Source of the DNA: Octopus vulgaris
Lineage: Eukaryota
Assembly (NCBI GenBank): GCA_951406725.2
Contig: OX597826.1
Coordinates: 26,908,001-26,972,000, forward strand
Length of the DNA: 64,000 bases
Direction of reading: 5' to 3'
Each line of letters starts with the position of its first letter. The first letter of the stretch is position 1. Below, one piece after another: positions 1 through 13,750 of the stretch. The translations under genes were made by a program, and so were the position numbers. The notes under the pieces were generated by a model. The model did not search any database and had not been told where the DNA came from. It was given only the letters and a program-made list of their open reading frames with translations.

Positions 1-2288
1 GGGCAACAAAGCCACCATTCGGTCTCTGGTAGACGAACAAGGGCGCGAATTGCTCGATCCCAGCAAGATGTGCTAGGCATTTCAGCGGCACTTTTCCCGA
101 CTGTACGGGACGAATGGCGAGCGTGAACGCAGGGTGGACTTCAGTGCCTACCTGCACAGCCTGCCACAACTCTCGGCAAGAGAGGCAGAGTGCTGCGAAG
201 GTGCCATCACGGCGGTGGATGTGCGGGACGCAATGGCAGAATGCTCGAGGGACAAATCGCCGGGTTTGGATGGTCTGCCCTACGAGTTTTACAATTGTAT
301 GCCAGACTTGTTTGGAGACGTCTTGGCAGCGGTATACTACAACTGGCAGCAAAACGGGAGTATATCTGGTTTTGTGAGTCGAGGATCCGTAACGCTGCTG
401 AAGAAAGATCCAAACAAGGGGGACATTATAGATAACTTTAGGCCAATCACCCTGCTCAATGCAGACCTGAAAATTTTGACCAAGGTGTTAGCCAAGAGGT
501 TGGTGCTTGTCATCGAGAAACTGGTCGACAAGGCGCAAACTTGCGCCGTGCCGGGCCGGAGTATCCATGGCAACCTCCATCTGATGCGCTGCATCATAGA
601 CAGAGTAGTTAAGGAACCTGGCATGGGTGGGGCCCTGATCAATTTGGATCAATCGAAATTTTCGATAGGGTAGACCATCGATACTTGGAGGCAGTCCTGG
701 GAGCGGCCGGTTTCGGTCCCGTCTTCTGCGGCTGGATAGCTGCCTTGTACAGAGGTATCCGTTCGGTAATTCGCGTAAATGGTCATCTATCGAGACCTTT
801 CGACATTGCACGTTCGGTCCGTCAGGGATGCCCCCTCTCGTCGCTTCTATACGTATTGACTCTCGAGCTACTACTGCGGAAGCTGGCGACTCTGAGGGGC
901 ATCCCGCGAGAATTGGGATTCAGGACGAGTGTGTCTGCATACGCGGATGACGTCACTGTCATAGTGTCAAGCCACGAGCACATCCAGCTGGTCGGCCAGA
1001 CACTGAAAGACTACGAAGCGGTGACAGGAGCGAAAATCAACCGGGAAAAGTCAGTGGGCTTGCGGCTCGGCACCTGGAGAAGCAAGCCCATGCCGTCCAC
1101 CAGCATCTCCGTCGTGGGACGCTGGACAGACAGCCCGGTTGAGTTGCTCGGGGTCTGGTTCGATCCGGACCTCCAAATGGAGAAGAACTGGAACGAGATA
1201 ACGAGTAGGGTGATCACTCTCGCCCAGAAATGGGCCGAGAGGAAACTGTCCCTAAAAGGTCGGGCGGAGGTGGCGAACACGTACATCGCGTCCATCATCT
1301 ACTACCGCCTGACCGTCGTACCTTGTCCCGACCCTACCATCACCAAACTAGAACGCATTCTCTTCCGCTTCTTGTGGAAAGGATGCGTCCCGATGGTCAG
1401 GCGATCTATTTGCTGTCAACACCTGTTAAAAGGAGGGCTGGGCATGCCGTGGTTGATGATGCGCAGACACGCGCTGAGACTGCGACATCTCCGGCTCTAT
1501 GTAGACGACGGTGAACAGGTGTGGTCGCCGTTTGTGAGGCACGCGTTCCCGCAGCTCGTCTCCTTGACAGAACTGCAGTCGTGGATCAAAAAGAGGCCGA
1601 GGAAGGACGAATGGCACCGCGAGTATCGCGTTGCTCTCAAGCAACTATGCCGTCCCGGGTCGACCTTGAGTGACTTCAACACAACCCAAGCATTCTATGG
1701 GGGATTAATGGAGGGGAGGTATGACGACGATCTTGGGGCGAACCTGGGCGCCGACGAGGAATACCTGACCCACCTGTCTGAGATGACGTTCGGGCCTGGA
1801 CTTATGGACAACTTCCAGAGATCCCTGACCTGGCAGTGCTACCGAGAAGCGCTACCCGTTCGGTTTAAGCTATATAGGCATTGCTCGAGAAACACGGGGC
1901 CGACCTGCCCGAGATGCAGGCAGGGCGACGAAACCGTTCTGCACGCAGTGCCTAACAATCTCCGACCTGTGGTCTTATGTTGAACAACTACTGTCACGTG
2001 TGGGACGTCGGTTTATCAGCCGAGTCTATCTTTAACATCGTCACGCCTCCTGCTTTCAAACGGGAAGGAAGAGCTATTTTTATCATACTTGTGGCTATGG
2101 CGAAAGAATGTATCTGGTGGACGCGCCTGAAAGGATTAGAGACAAACACTTTCCTCTCTGGTCAATCTCTCATCAACTTCTTCAAGTATCACTTGAAAAG
2201 GAAAGTGAGAGTAGAGAGGCAAGTTTTGTCTAGCGAATGCTTTAAAAAATTGATGGGTGAATGTAGCAAGGATGGCACGTATGAATGA
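1..2288 (+). pseudogene. Disrupted ORF2 reverse transcriptase of the L1/Tx1 element
   Basis: Motifs KSPGLDGLPYEFY, NFRPITLLNADLKILTKVLAKRL and LDQSK (ORF 134-673); SVRQGCPLS, AYADDV, KINREKS and CPRC..ETVLH (ORF 685-1983); C-terminal piece 1977-2288. Frameshifts near 660 and 1950-2010, and a TAG at 74-76. Confidence 0.9.
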
Positions 2289-2665
2289 CGAAGCCACCTT
2301 GACTATGATCCTATGAACCGTAAAAATGAATACAGAGAATTGATTATTTGTAAAAAAATATAACATGTGACTTTATTGACCGAGGTTACCGTAGTCTTTT
2401 CTGTAGGCTTTTCTTTCCACGGGTAAACCTCACCTGTCCTCCGCTTTACACTTTATATTAACATTTCTGTGATAACGATGCCTATTGATCGATTTTTTCT
2501 TTTTCCTTTTATTTTATTCCCCTCCCTTTTTTTTTTGCTTTCCTCCTTTCTTTTTACGATCCCTTTTGATTGAAAACCAAACCCCCTTTTTTTATCCCTA
2601 AAAGAAAAGCTCTACCTTGTAATTTGTCCCGTCTTTGTGCATCCCTATGTGGCTAATAAAGAAAC
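1..2665 (+). mobile_element. L1/Tx1-clade non-LTR retrotransposon, 3' part (runs off the window start)
   Basis: GC-rich block encoding an RT domain and C-terminal cysteine motif, then a T-rich 3' UTR, AATAAA at 2655-2660, ending directly in a (TATC)n array. Confidence 0.9.
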
Positions 2666-2666
2666 A

Positions 2667-3080
<414 letters not shown>

Positions 3081-3868
3081 GACAGATAGAGAAAGAGAGC
3101 GATCGAGAGTGAGAGAGATCGAGAGATCGAGAGAGAGATCACTATTTATAGATATGTAGATAAGTAGTTACTTTTAAAATTCTAGTTCCTAAAATATAAT
3201 AGCTAAATCGCCCTCAAATCACACCTTTATATAGAGAGAAACAGGAAGCATCGGACCACTTGGATAATCAACAAAAGCCCAGATTATTTGTTGTTGTTAT
3301 TGTCGTTGATGTCGTTGACCTTGCATTCATTTTTGTCATTCAAGATTTTATTCTCGACATCGTCTGTCGTCGTTCTTGTTGCTGTTATCGCTGCAATATT
3401 TCCTTTCATCACTCATCACCGCTGTTGCTGTCGGTGTGGTCGCTGCTGCTGTTTCTATTGTTTTCCTTCCCCAGTGTTGTTGTAGTTATTGCTTCTTTTG
3501 TTACGTTTGTTGTTATTGTCCTGCCCAGTGTGGTTCCGCTTGCGATGCGGAAAAAATTATCATTGGTTGCTTCCAGCTCATTCCTGATCGACCAGATATG
3601 TTATCAAAGATGTTTCAGCCATAGAGAGTACACAATATTTTTTCCTTTTATTTCCATATGTTGCTTACTTTCCTAAGAGTTTCTATCTCCATTGAAACAT
3701 TAGAAAATGACATATTCGCAAGTATCGTCGCACATACATACATACATACATACATACATACAAAAATACCCTGTTCTTGATGTTAAAATTCTAATGACAG
3801 AGCCTTGGTTAGAAACCAGTTCGTTCTCTATTGGCAAGAAATCTTGAAATACATACATACATACATAT

Positions 3869-4260
3869 GTGGCTGTGTGGTAAGTAGCTTGCTAACCAAC
3901 CACATGGTTCGGGTTCAGTCCCACTGCGTGGCATCTTGGGCAAGTGTCTTCTGCTATAGCCCCGGGCCGACCAATGCCTTGTGAGTGGATTTGGTAGACG
4001 GAAACTGAAGGAAGCCTGTCGTATATATGTATATATATATATATATATGTGCATGTGTGTGTGTTTGTGTGTCTGTGTTTGTTCCCCTAGCATTGCTTGA
4101 CAACCGATGCTGGTGTGTTTACGTCCCCGTCACTTAGCGGTTCGGCAAAAGAGACCGATAGAATAAGTACTGGGCTTACAAAGAATAAGTCCCGGGGTCG
4201 AGTTGCTCGACTTAAGGCGATGCTCCAGCATGGCCGCAGACTGAAACAAGTAAAAGAGTA
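3869..4260 (+). mobile_element. tRNA-derived SINE family 1 (octopus OR/OK-like), near full length
   Basis: Head gtggctgtgtggtaag...gggttcagtccc (A/B-box-like), internal (TA)/(TG) tract, tail gactgaaacaagtaaaagagta; at least 12 related copies in the window. Confidence 0.85.
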
Positions 4261-4629
4261 TATATATACACACACACATTTATATTGTATTTCGGGACGG
4301 CCATTTTTTAAATTTTTGTCAAATAAACACACGCACATATATATTCGATCTTTTATTACTGTTCGTTTATTACTGTTCTTATTCTGACTCATGTCCATTT
4401 TCCATAAGTATTTCGTCACTTCGGACAATGGATATTAGTTAGAATAAGAACAGTAGTAAACGAGTGAATAACGAATATATAGTGTGTGTGTTTGTTTGGC
4501 ACAGAAAAAAAAATATCCATCCCGAAATACAACAATATCTGTTTCAACACCCGACTTCTCATCAAGAAGCTTGCAACACATATTCATAAACGTATATATA
4601 TGCTCACACACACATATACACACACCATG

Positions 4630-4776
4630 TGAATATAAGGGAAGGATACAGTGTAGGTGTAGACGATCTTTAATTCATAATCCAGGTTGGTACATAATGT
4701 ATATTGGTTCTGTACCAACCTGGATTATGAACTAAAGATCGGCTACACCTACAATGGTTCCTTCCCTTATGCTTCA
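4630..4776. repeat. Hairpin with about 65-bp arms and a 16-nt loop
   Basis: ataagggaagga..tgtaggtgtag.cgatcttta.ttcataatccaggttggtaca is mirrored by tgtaccaacctggattatgaa.taaagatcg.ctacacctaca..tccttcccttat. Confidence 0.85.
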
Positions 4777-5309
4777 TTTATTTATATATCATATATATAC
4801 GTATGAGATAAAAAAAAATGCAAACAGGATGGTATTAGTCTCCGTTGACGAAACTTTTATTATTTCATTAAATCGATAAAAATGGTTTAGTGGACATGCC
4901 ATAGAGAGTGAACAATATAATGTTTTTCGAAAACGGCTTCTTTCAGGAAAAAAATTATTGGAAGAGAAAGTGTTTTGCCAACTCTAAGAAGAATTGGCTG
5001 CCGATTTCTTTAGTCTATAGTGAGTGTCATTCAGTTTTCTAGTTTGCAGCAAAGATTATTACATTTCATGAGAAGAAAAGAAAAACGATTTGCAAGTCAT
5101 TTGTGGCTCTTCTGAAAGGCAATATTCTTTTATCCCTTAAGTTTCAGGGAATGTAAATACTGAAACACCGGTTGTCTAGCACAAACAGATACCCAACCAA
5201 CCAGCCAAAAACACACACATGCACAGAAACATAAATGTACATAAATGCACATAAACATAAATACAGGAATACGTACATACCTACGTACATGCATACATAC
5301 ATGCATACA

Positions 5310-5656
5310 TATGGGGAGGAGACTCCGTTCGATCATGAAGGACCATGGGATTGCACCTAGAAAGTTACCCTCCGAAGCCCAAGTCCAGGCAAATTTGTTC
5401 ATGGAAGGCCAACAGTCACCCATGCACACCAGCCTTCCCTCTCCACACCGCTGATGTTATCGAAGGGAAAGAGAAGGGGCCTATACAGCTTGGCACCAGT
5501 GACGTCGCAACTCATTTCTACAGTTGAGTGAACTGGAGCAACGTGAAATAAAGTGTCTTGCTCAAGAACACAGCACGCAGCCCGGTCCAGGAATCGGACT
5601 CACAACCTCACGATCGTGAGCTCGACGCTCTAACCACTGAGCCATGCACCTTCACA
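5310..5656 (-). mobile_element. tRNA-derived SINE (head B, tail Z)
   Basis: Minus strand starts tgtgaaggtgcatggctcagtggttagagcgtcg...gtccgattcc, then cttgagcaagacactttatttcacgttgctccagttcactca; the head is shared with 35265-35586. Confidence 0.8.
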
Positions 5657-5907
5657 ACATACATACATACACACACACAAACACACACACACGCACACAC
5701 AGACACACACAGACATACACACACTCACACACACATATATATAAGGAAATAAACGCAGGATAATGCTAATAATACACCATGAACAGGATAAACTACCCAT
5801 ATTTTACAGAAAAGTCTCTCGTGGCCGCTGACACATTTTTCAGCAAACTGTTTTATCCTGTTCTAAAGCAAAAGTTGCTTGTTTACTTTTATGGTAATTC
5901 AAATTTA

Positions 5908-5962
<55 letters not shown>

Positions 5963-5964
5963 TC

Positions 5965-6272
5965 CTTTCCCGAAATGCAATTCGTAAAAGTCTGCCATTT
6001 ACCGGATGTAATATTTGTAAAGTAACCCATGTGCGTCGTTGACGTTGGTCAGTTGGCTGCCCGGCTTTGACGATGTAGGGTCGTTTATTTATGATACGTC
6101 CAGACTTGCTGATGAATACAGAGGTATGAAATCACAGGTGATACAAGTCCATATTTTTTAAATGTCTTACTTTGAAAAATTGCATTCGGTTGGATTAGTA
6201 AAATTTTTGGTAGAAATGACTAATTTTGTCCCTCTTAGCGTGTGGCATGTATGTATAATAATGCCCTCTATA
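5965..6272 (+). mobile_element. Diverged partial copy of the 480-bp hammerhead repeat
   Basis: Colinear with 34386-34712 (gccatttaccggat, ttttttaaatgtctt, tttgtccctcttag, taataatgccctctata); flanked on both sides by (TA)n. Confidence 0.85.
6103..6149 (+). ncRNA. Type I hammerhead ribozyme motif
   Basis: GACUUG-CUGAUGA-AUAC agag GUAU-GAAA-UCAC ag GUGA-UA|CAAGUC: intact core and three helices; predicted cleavage after 6143. Confidence 0.85.
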
Positions 6273-6277
6273 TATAA

Positions 6278-6354
<77 letters not shown>

Positions 6355-6591
6355 AAATATCAGAGAGTTATTTCACTTGTGATGTAAACGAATAGGTATG
6401 CTGGGTAAGTGCTGTCGTTGTTCGACCATTAGGTTCCAAGATCACAGCTAAAGCTGGATCAAGGGATGCGTGTTAATTAAATTATTCTAAATGAATGACT
6501 TGATTTACTCGCTCTGCCTTGGTTTTGATTTTTCCTCTAATATAATATACTATAATATATATATATATATATGTGTGTGTATGTGTATGTG

Positions 6592-6631
<40 letters not shown>

Positions 6632-6639
6632 AATGTCGG

Positions 6640-6790
6640 ACAAGCTTCTTTCCCTTTCCGACTATCTCATCTACTCTTCAGGCTTAGGTTGTCTACCAGC
6701 TGTAGTAGAAGACTCTTGACGAAGATGTGACGCAGTGGGACTGAAATCGAAACGATGTGGTTAGCAAGCACGTTTCCTAATTACACAGTA
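6640..6790 (-). mobile_element. SINE family 1, degenerate 5' part
   Basis: gtagtagaagactcttgac...cgcagtgggactgaa...atgtggttagcaagc matches the family 1 head in reverse. Confidence 0.6.
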
Positions 6791-8267
6791 ATGTGCTAAT
6801 TGCTGGGGTGTCACTTCCCACGATGTCACTTCCCACACACTTCCATTTGATGACATTCAAGAGAATATATCTCTATGATTCTAGGCACGGTCAGATAGAA
6901 CAGACACGGCAATTGAAACAGAGTCATTGATGATATATTGCAGAAATGTTCATATTTCAAGAAGTTAGACTTCTTTAAATGGTTTTAGCTAAAAATGGGG
7001 AGTGACTGGAACCGTTATCTTCTAACGTGCTCCGAGACAGATTTATGTACCATATTATCCGGCACACGGGTCGAAATTGTCCTACCAATATTTGCAATCA
7101 AAAATGGTATGTCAAGCTATGTGCCGAGTCAACTTTGGAGAATCAAAAACTCCATGGGAAATGCACACGAATTTGGAAAAATAGTGACGATGTTTGAACA
7201 TTTACACTACCTGTTTACATTAAATACTAAGTCGACTTGTATGACGGAATATACTGTAGTTCATATTCGTATCGATCGCCTTACATTATCAGGTGAAAGT
7301 ATAAATTACCAGTGAGCTGATTTAGGGAAATGTGTTATTAGAAGATATGATTTAAGAAATTTGAATCATATGGAGTGGGTGTTTATGCTGAGGGGGTGAT
7401 ATATCATGTGTATGATGTAAAAAGAAAACAGACCCGGAAGCAGACTGATTTACGTGGGTATACGCGGATGTGGCATGTCGCTTTGTATTTCAGAGGAGAA
7501 GCTATTCTGGAGGTGGCTGAAATGGAACGTAATGTATATTAGAAAAAGTAAGGCCGTGTGGATAAGTGGAAGTGACTATGCTGTTACGTAGCTCAGTAGA
7601 GAAGAGGAAATCACTGTAGATATAGCGGTGGTAATAGCATAGAGCGTAGATTAGAAAGAAATATGGCTAGGGTGGAGGTGGATAATTGGAGGTGGTGCAC
7701 CAATGAGGAGTTCAGTGGAGGAGAGGAAGTTGTAGTGACGGTGAAAATAAATGAGAGTGTACATTAGAAGAAGTAAGGCGACCTAAACTTTTAATCATGG
7801 CGAAAATTCTTTGGCTGTGTCCGTAGATTTGCATTCATTTCATGTATTAAACCGCTCCACATCCCCCCCCCCAGATCGCCACCATTCCATGAAACCGTAT
7901 GAACGATATAACTATCCATTTCTTTTCTTTCTTCTTAACATTATTGGTCTGTATGCGTGTGTAAGAAAACCTTTTAAATAAAGATATCGGTGATGACCAG
8001 GCGATAGATGTATATTTTATTTACTACAATACTTTCAATGCGTTATTCTCCAATCGGCAATCGTTATTTTTTTTTGCTTTTATATGTATATATTTTTTTT
8101 CTCATTTCTTTTTTTTTTTCTTTCCCTCTTTTTTCCTCTTCCAGAGTGCAGGTCGGGGGACGAAGGAATTCGGCTCTGTCTTTTATCTATATTCTGACCG
8201 CTATGATCACGAAATCCATTCACTTGATGAGTAGTAGATAAGGGGTAGGAATGTAATAATAATGATG

Positions 8268-8340
<73 letters not shown>

Positions 8341-9807
8341 TGATGACGTTGGCGATGATGATGATAGTGCTACGTGGAAACCAAAAAGAAAGAAAAGAAA
8401 ATAGCAGCAAACAGAAAAAATATAAATATATATATAAAACATACTAAGAAACAATCAGAAATAAGTACTTGAAGTATGAGCCATATTGTAGTTGGCGAAA
8501 ATGACCAAAACATGTAGCAGTGTAATAATGTATGACAATATGAAAGAGGATTTCATTAAAAAGTTGCTATGATTAGACAGTCTTCCAATAAAATTACTGG
8601 GCTTGTATCACAGATTTCTTTTGCCTTTTCCCTCCATGTTGTCTTTCTTCATTTCTTTCCCTCTGTCACTTTTACATTACCATTTATTCCTTCATCTCCC
8701 ACTTATTTTTCCCTCCTTTTCTTTTCCTCTTCGCCTACTTTTCCCTTTTTTCTTCTCTTTTGTCTTCTTTTAATTTTCTTTTATTTCTTTATTTTTTTGT
8801 CTTTTCACTTTCTGGTTCTTTTTTTCTTTTTTCTTCTTCTACTTCTTCTACATCTCAATAAATAATACCCAATATGTCTGCCGTTGCGTGCAGAATATTG
8901 TATAAAATGAAACATTGTCCAGCAGATATTTCACTATGTCGTGTCCAGCTTGCTTCAGGAGAGAATAAAGATTATTGTTATCGCCAGAGCTTTTGTAGTG
9001 GAAACGATTGGGAGGAAGGGGAGAGACACACACAGAGAGCAAGAAAGAGAGAGAAAGAGAGAGATAGAAAAGGAGAGAAGAACAGAAAAGGAAGAAAACA
9101 AGGGAGAAAGTGATAATAAACGTTTACGCTCATATTTGCATAAGTCCAAGGAAATGGAAATATCAATTCAATCTACATTTAGAATATTCTAAAGTAGAAG
9201 AAAGCAATAAGTCGAAAGCCGAGTGTTGAAATCTTCCTTTGTTTTCGTTTTCTCTCGTTTTTCATCTAAAGCGATTCGACATTTTCTAGAGAACAATATT
9301 TGAACTGTAAAGAAATATCAACGCTAACGTCATTATTAAGAGTTGATAAGATAGCATTTTCTATGTGTATTTGTCATTTCCATACAAACTAATATTATTT
9401 AGCTTTCGAAGTTGCCAGCTCCAAACTTTTTCCGACGAAAAAAAGAGAAGAAAATAAAATAAAAGAAAAAGTTGTAGCTTTACAACATCTCCATCCTACC
9501 CGCTATGTATATATAATCGAAGCCCTTTACATATTGATGGGATCAGCAGAAAGAAAAACGTATTCTATCCTGCGAGAGACAAATATCATTTAATATATAC
9601 AGGATTGAAATGCTAGCTATTACGAGTTTCATGTTTCCGATAGTAGCATTGTCGGACGAGCTTGTATGGTGAGAAGTGTACAATTGGGTATTTCGAGCCT
9701 GAATGGTTGCCCAATAATACACGGTACGCTACACAAGCATGTCCAACAACTGTGTTGCCAAAAGCATGCAAGTTATAGTAGTTCACATTTATCCCCTGTG
9801 TATGTTA

Positions 9808-9809
9808 TA

Positions 9810-9889
<80 letters not shown>

Positions 9890-10011
9890 GTGATAAAGAT
9901 AATATATATATATATATAAACATTACGCTTTGAAACTCGGAGTACCAAGAATTTTGAATCAAACAGCTTTGATCCATATCGATCTCTATCCATCTATCTA
10001 CATATATACAT

Positions 10012-10015
<4 letters not shown>
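9808..10015 (+). repeat. (AAT)n-(AT)n plus about 100-bp unique block, duplicated at 32441-32925
   Basis: acattacgctttgaaactc.gagtaccaa.aattttgaatcaaacagctttgatccatatcgatct is present at both loci. Confidence 0.8.
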
Positions 10016-10072
<57 letters not shown>

Positions 10073-10308
10073 CAGGGTGGCCCAAAAGTAGGCTTACAGT
10101 TATCACATAGGTACTTTAAATTTCTTTTAAAGCATTTTATTACATTTAAACATCTATCTTACAAATTGAAAGATGAGCTTGAAAAAATTAGCTAAATTAG
10201 CATAGAATAATGGTTTCATATCTTTTGTCTAACTAAGATCTATACTGTTAATATAGGAATGCGAAAGAGATAGTTGAATAACTGTGAACCTACTTTTCGG
10301 CCACCCCG
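10073..10308. mobile_element. Tc1/mariner-type MITE
   Basis: TIRs cagggtggcccaaaagtaggcttacagttat / ataactgtgaacctacttttcggccaccccg, inserted in a TA tract, non-coding interior. Confidence 0.8.
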
Positions 10309-10317
10309 TGTATATAT

Positions 10318-10740
10318 CTCTTTTACTCTTACTCTTTTACTTGTTTCAGTCATTTGACTGCGGCCATGCTGGAGCACCGCCTTTAGTCGAGCAAATCGAC
10401 CCCGGGACTTATTCTTTGTAAGCCCAGTACTTATTCTATCGGTCTCTTTTGCCGAACCGCTAAGTTACGGGGACGTAAACACACCAGCATCGGTTGTCAA
10501 GCGATGCTAGGGGGACAAACACAGACACACAAACTTACACATAAATACATATATATATATATATATACATATATGCGACAGGCTTCTTTCAGTTTCCGTC
10601 TACCAAATCCAATCACAAGGCATTGGTCGGCCCGGGGCTATAGCAGAAGACACTTGCCCAAGATGCCACGCAGTGGGACTGAACCCGCAACCATGTGGTT
10701 GGTTTGCAAGCTACTCACCACACAGCCACTCCTGCGCCTA
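10318..10740 (-). mobile_element. SINE family 1, full length
   Basis: Reverse complement of 3869-4260 with complete head (taggcgcaggagtggctgtgtgg) and tail. Confidence 0.85.
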
Positions 10741-11589
10741 GCCACTCCTATATATATATATATATGCGTGTGTGTGCGTGTGTATGTGTGTGTGTATGTG
10801 TGTGTATGTGTGTGTGGTGTGGTGTGTGTGTGTGTGTGTGTATAATCATTATTTTATTCGTTGGTGTGGAGTAAGGGAAAAAACGTTATCTCTAACCCAC
10901 ACACGATTTCGAATCACGTGTCTTTGTGTTTTCTCTCTGTTCCTGTAGCTTAGCCATACAAGAAATAATTGATAACTATTCCAACTGACCAATCCCATTC
11001 TTTTGTTAAATCAAACACTTCTCATTTTATACACTTTGTTCATTTATTTATTTTATTTCTTTGTAAACTGAAATTATTATTAATATTTACACTCGAAGTC
11101 TCCATTCCTGGAAATTTATAAATTGTTAGGGTAGAGAAAGACTGAGTCAAACATCTACCACAGCCTTGTGTGATCATTTAGTGCAGCACATTCGACCGGC
11201 GATGGAATTGCGTAAATGTGTAGGGCTGCTGTTCACTGTGGCAGTGATTCTTTTAACTTCCCAATATTTTCTGCTGTGTGTTGATGAAGTTTAGATCTTT
11301 CATTTATTTATTTTTTCAATATTCCAATAATTCACAACGATTTAGCTGTTGATGTTGTTGTAAAGAATTTTATGGAAGGGCTAGAGATGAAAATATTGAT
11401 AGTTTTGTGATTGTGAAGTGTTCATATATATCTATATATTTATATATTTCATTCTGTCGAAGTATCCGTTGTGTTGCGCGTCAGACAGTTTAGTCGATGT
11501 TCAGTAACATTGCGTCTTCAGTAGTTTTGAGTACAATACAGCTGAGTATGCAGTAGTGAAATATGCTGTTAAAAGCAAAATAGAATAAC

Positions 11590-12782
11590 ATTGGTTTAAA
11601 ATTTTGGCACAAGGTCAGCAAGTTGAGTGTAAGAGGGTGGGGTCGATTACATCTACCGCAGTGTTCAACTGTTGCTTATTTTTATCAACTCCGGGATCTT
11701 TTCGGTTTGAACGGCAGTTTTTAACATAATTTCTAGGTAACTAAAAAATTTTAAACTTCGTATACTGGTAGAATGTGTTTATAAAACATCTTTTTCTCTT
11801 GGCTTTATTGGGAAAATTCTATAGTTTGTATGATATTTGCTGGTTTTTTTTCTTCAATTTCTGCAATTTCAACCAATCAATGATGTCTATTCAGGTGAAA
11901 ACGTTCTGTGCCGTATGAATATGTCCCTCGTTTAAGAAACAGATTGGGTTTATTTACATTTCTGAAGAAAAAAGATACCCTCCACTACCCCTAACCAACC
12001 CTAAACCTAACCCTAACCCTAACTAACCCTAACCCTAAAACAGATTGAAATGCAATAGATCGATACTAGGGTCATAATTATGGGTGACAATTCTATATGA
12101 CACCGCTAGAAAAACTGCCGTTCAAACCGAAAAGGTGAAATGCAAAAGTTGAACCGGTGGCATTTGAACTCAGAACGTAAAATCGGTAAAATGCCGCTAA
12201 GCATTTGTCAGATCCAGTAACGATTCTGCCAGCTGGATGCTTCTCAAATTAGAAATAATAATCCTTTCTATTATAGGCACACGGGACTAGTCATTTGTAT
12301 TGGACTAGTCGATTACATAGACTTCACCGACTGGTACTTAATTTATCAACCCCGAAAGGATGAAAGCCAAAGACGACCTCGGTGAAATTTGAACTCAAAA
12401 CGGACGAGTATTGATTCCGGAGCTATGAAAGGCAAAGTCGGCCTCGGCGAAATGTGAACGTAGAACGTAAAGCTGGAAAAAATGACTGATAATTTTGTTG
12501 GACACATTAACGATTGTAACAGCTCACCGACTTCCATTTTCTTAAGTAATAATTATATTATTGGTTTCAAATTTTGGCACAAGGCGTGCACTTTTGGAGA
12601 TGAGGGAAAGTCGATTACATCGATACCCAGAACTGGCATTTATTTTATCGACCCCGAAAAGGATGAAAGTTAAAATCGACCTCGATGGCATTTCAACTAC
12701 GAACGTAAAGACGGACGAAATACATGTAAGTCTTTTGCCCGGCGTGGTAACGATTTTGGCAGCTCGCTGCCTTCCAACTCCT
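11590..12782 (-). mobile_element. Cluster of about four CORE-like SINE family 2 copies, the first interrupted by a MITE
   Basis: Repeated ttttggcacaagg..gtcgattacatc..tttatcgaccccgaaaggatgaaaggcaaagtcgacctcgg..tttgaactcagaacgt blocks. Confidence 0.8.
11694..12135. mobile_element. MITE with about 25-bp TIRs and internal (CCCTAA)n tract
   Basis: cttttcggtttgaacggcagttttt / aaaaactgccgttcaaaccgaaaag; CCCTAA-like repeats at 11988-12038; interrupts a SINE. Confidence 0.8.
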
Positions 12783-12869
12783 CAAGTAATAATTATATCA
12801 TTATAATGATTTATTTTCAATAACAAAATGCCACAAAATATAATTATACAAAATTAATAGATGCGAATT

Positions 12870-13005
12870 CTGCGCAGGAGTGGCTATGCGGTGAGTAGAT
12901 ATCTTACCAACCACATAGTTCGGGTTCAGTTCCACTGCGTGGCAACTTGGGCAAGTATCATCTACTATAGCCTCGGGCCGACCAAAGCCTTGTGAGTGGA
13001 ATTCT
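12870..13005 (+). mobile_element. SINE family 1, 5' part
   Basis: gcgcaggagtggctatgcggt...ccgaccaaagccttgtgagtgga. Confidence 0.75.
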
Positions 13006-13227
13006 CGTATCAAGTTATTTTTCAGATTAATCGTTGCTTTTTATAATATATTTGATTAAACCCCTGATACCATTTGTCGTAAAACATTTCTATGGGCAAC
13101 ATCTAACTTCAAGTTACGTAAGATGTATCTTGAGTAAAGATGTAACAAAGTTAAATTCTTTACGAATTGACGATGAACGAAACGACAGAAGAAATGTCAT
13201 CAATCCGAAGTGTTGCAAAAAGACGTT

Positions 13228-13291
<64 letters not shown>

Positions 13292-13387
13292 TTATATTCC
13301 TGTCAAGCTATAACTCTCTACCGCACTCTTACTCGGTGTGGATATATATATGTACACACATAGCTTCATATATGTATATATGTATAT

Positions 13388-13433
<46 letters not shown>

Positions 13434-13524
13434 TTTTACTTGTTTCAATTGTTTGACAGCAGCAATGCTGGGGCATCGCACAGCCATATATATTATATAT
13501 GACACACACCTACCTAGACCTACA

Positions 13525-13570
<46 letters not shown>

Positions 13571-13689
13571 TGCATGTACTCACACATATAATAATAACGG
13601 CGGTAAATTTATTAAACGTCACCACCTTACGAGGGACAAGAACAATGGAAAACAAATACAGCATTAGCGACTGCTCATGCCGCAGCTGT

Positions 13690-13750
<61 letters not shown>

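Noticed and set aside
7330-7790. Possible decayed CR1/L2-like LINE 3' end on the minus strand
   Set aside because: Only a faint resemblance (YYHRYIY..STEL); too degenerate to call without a search.
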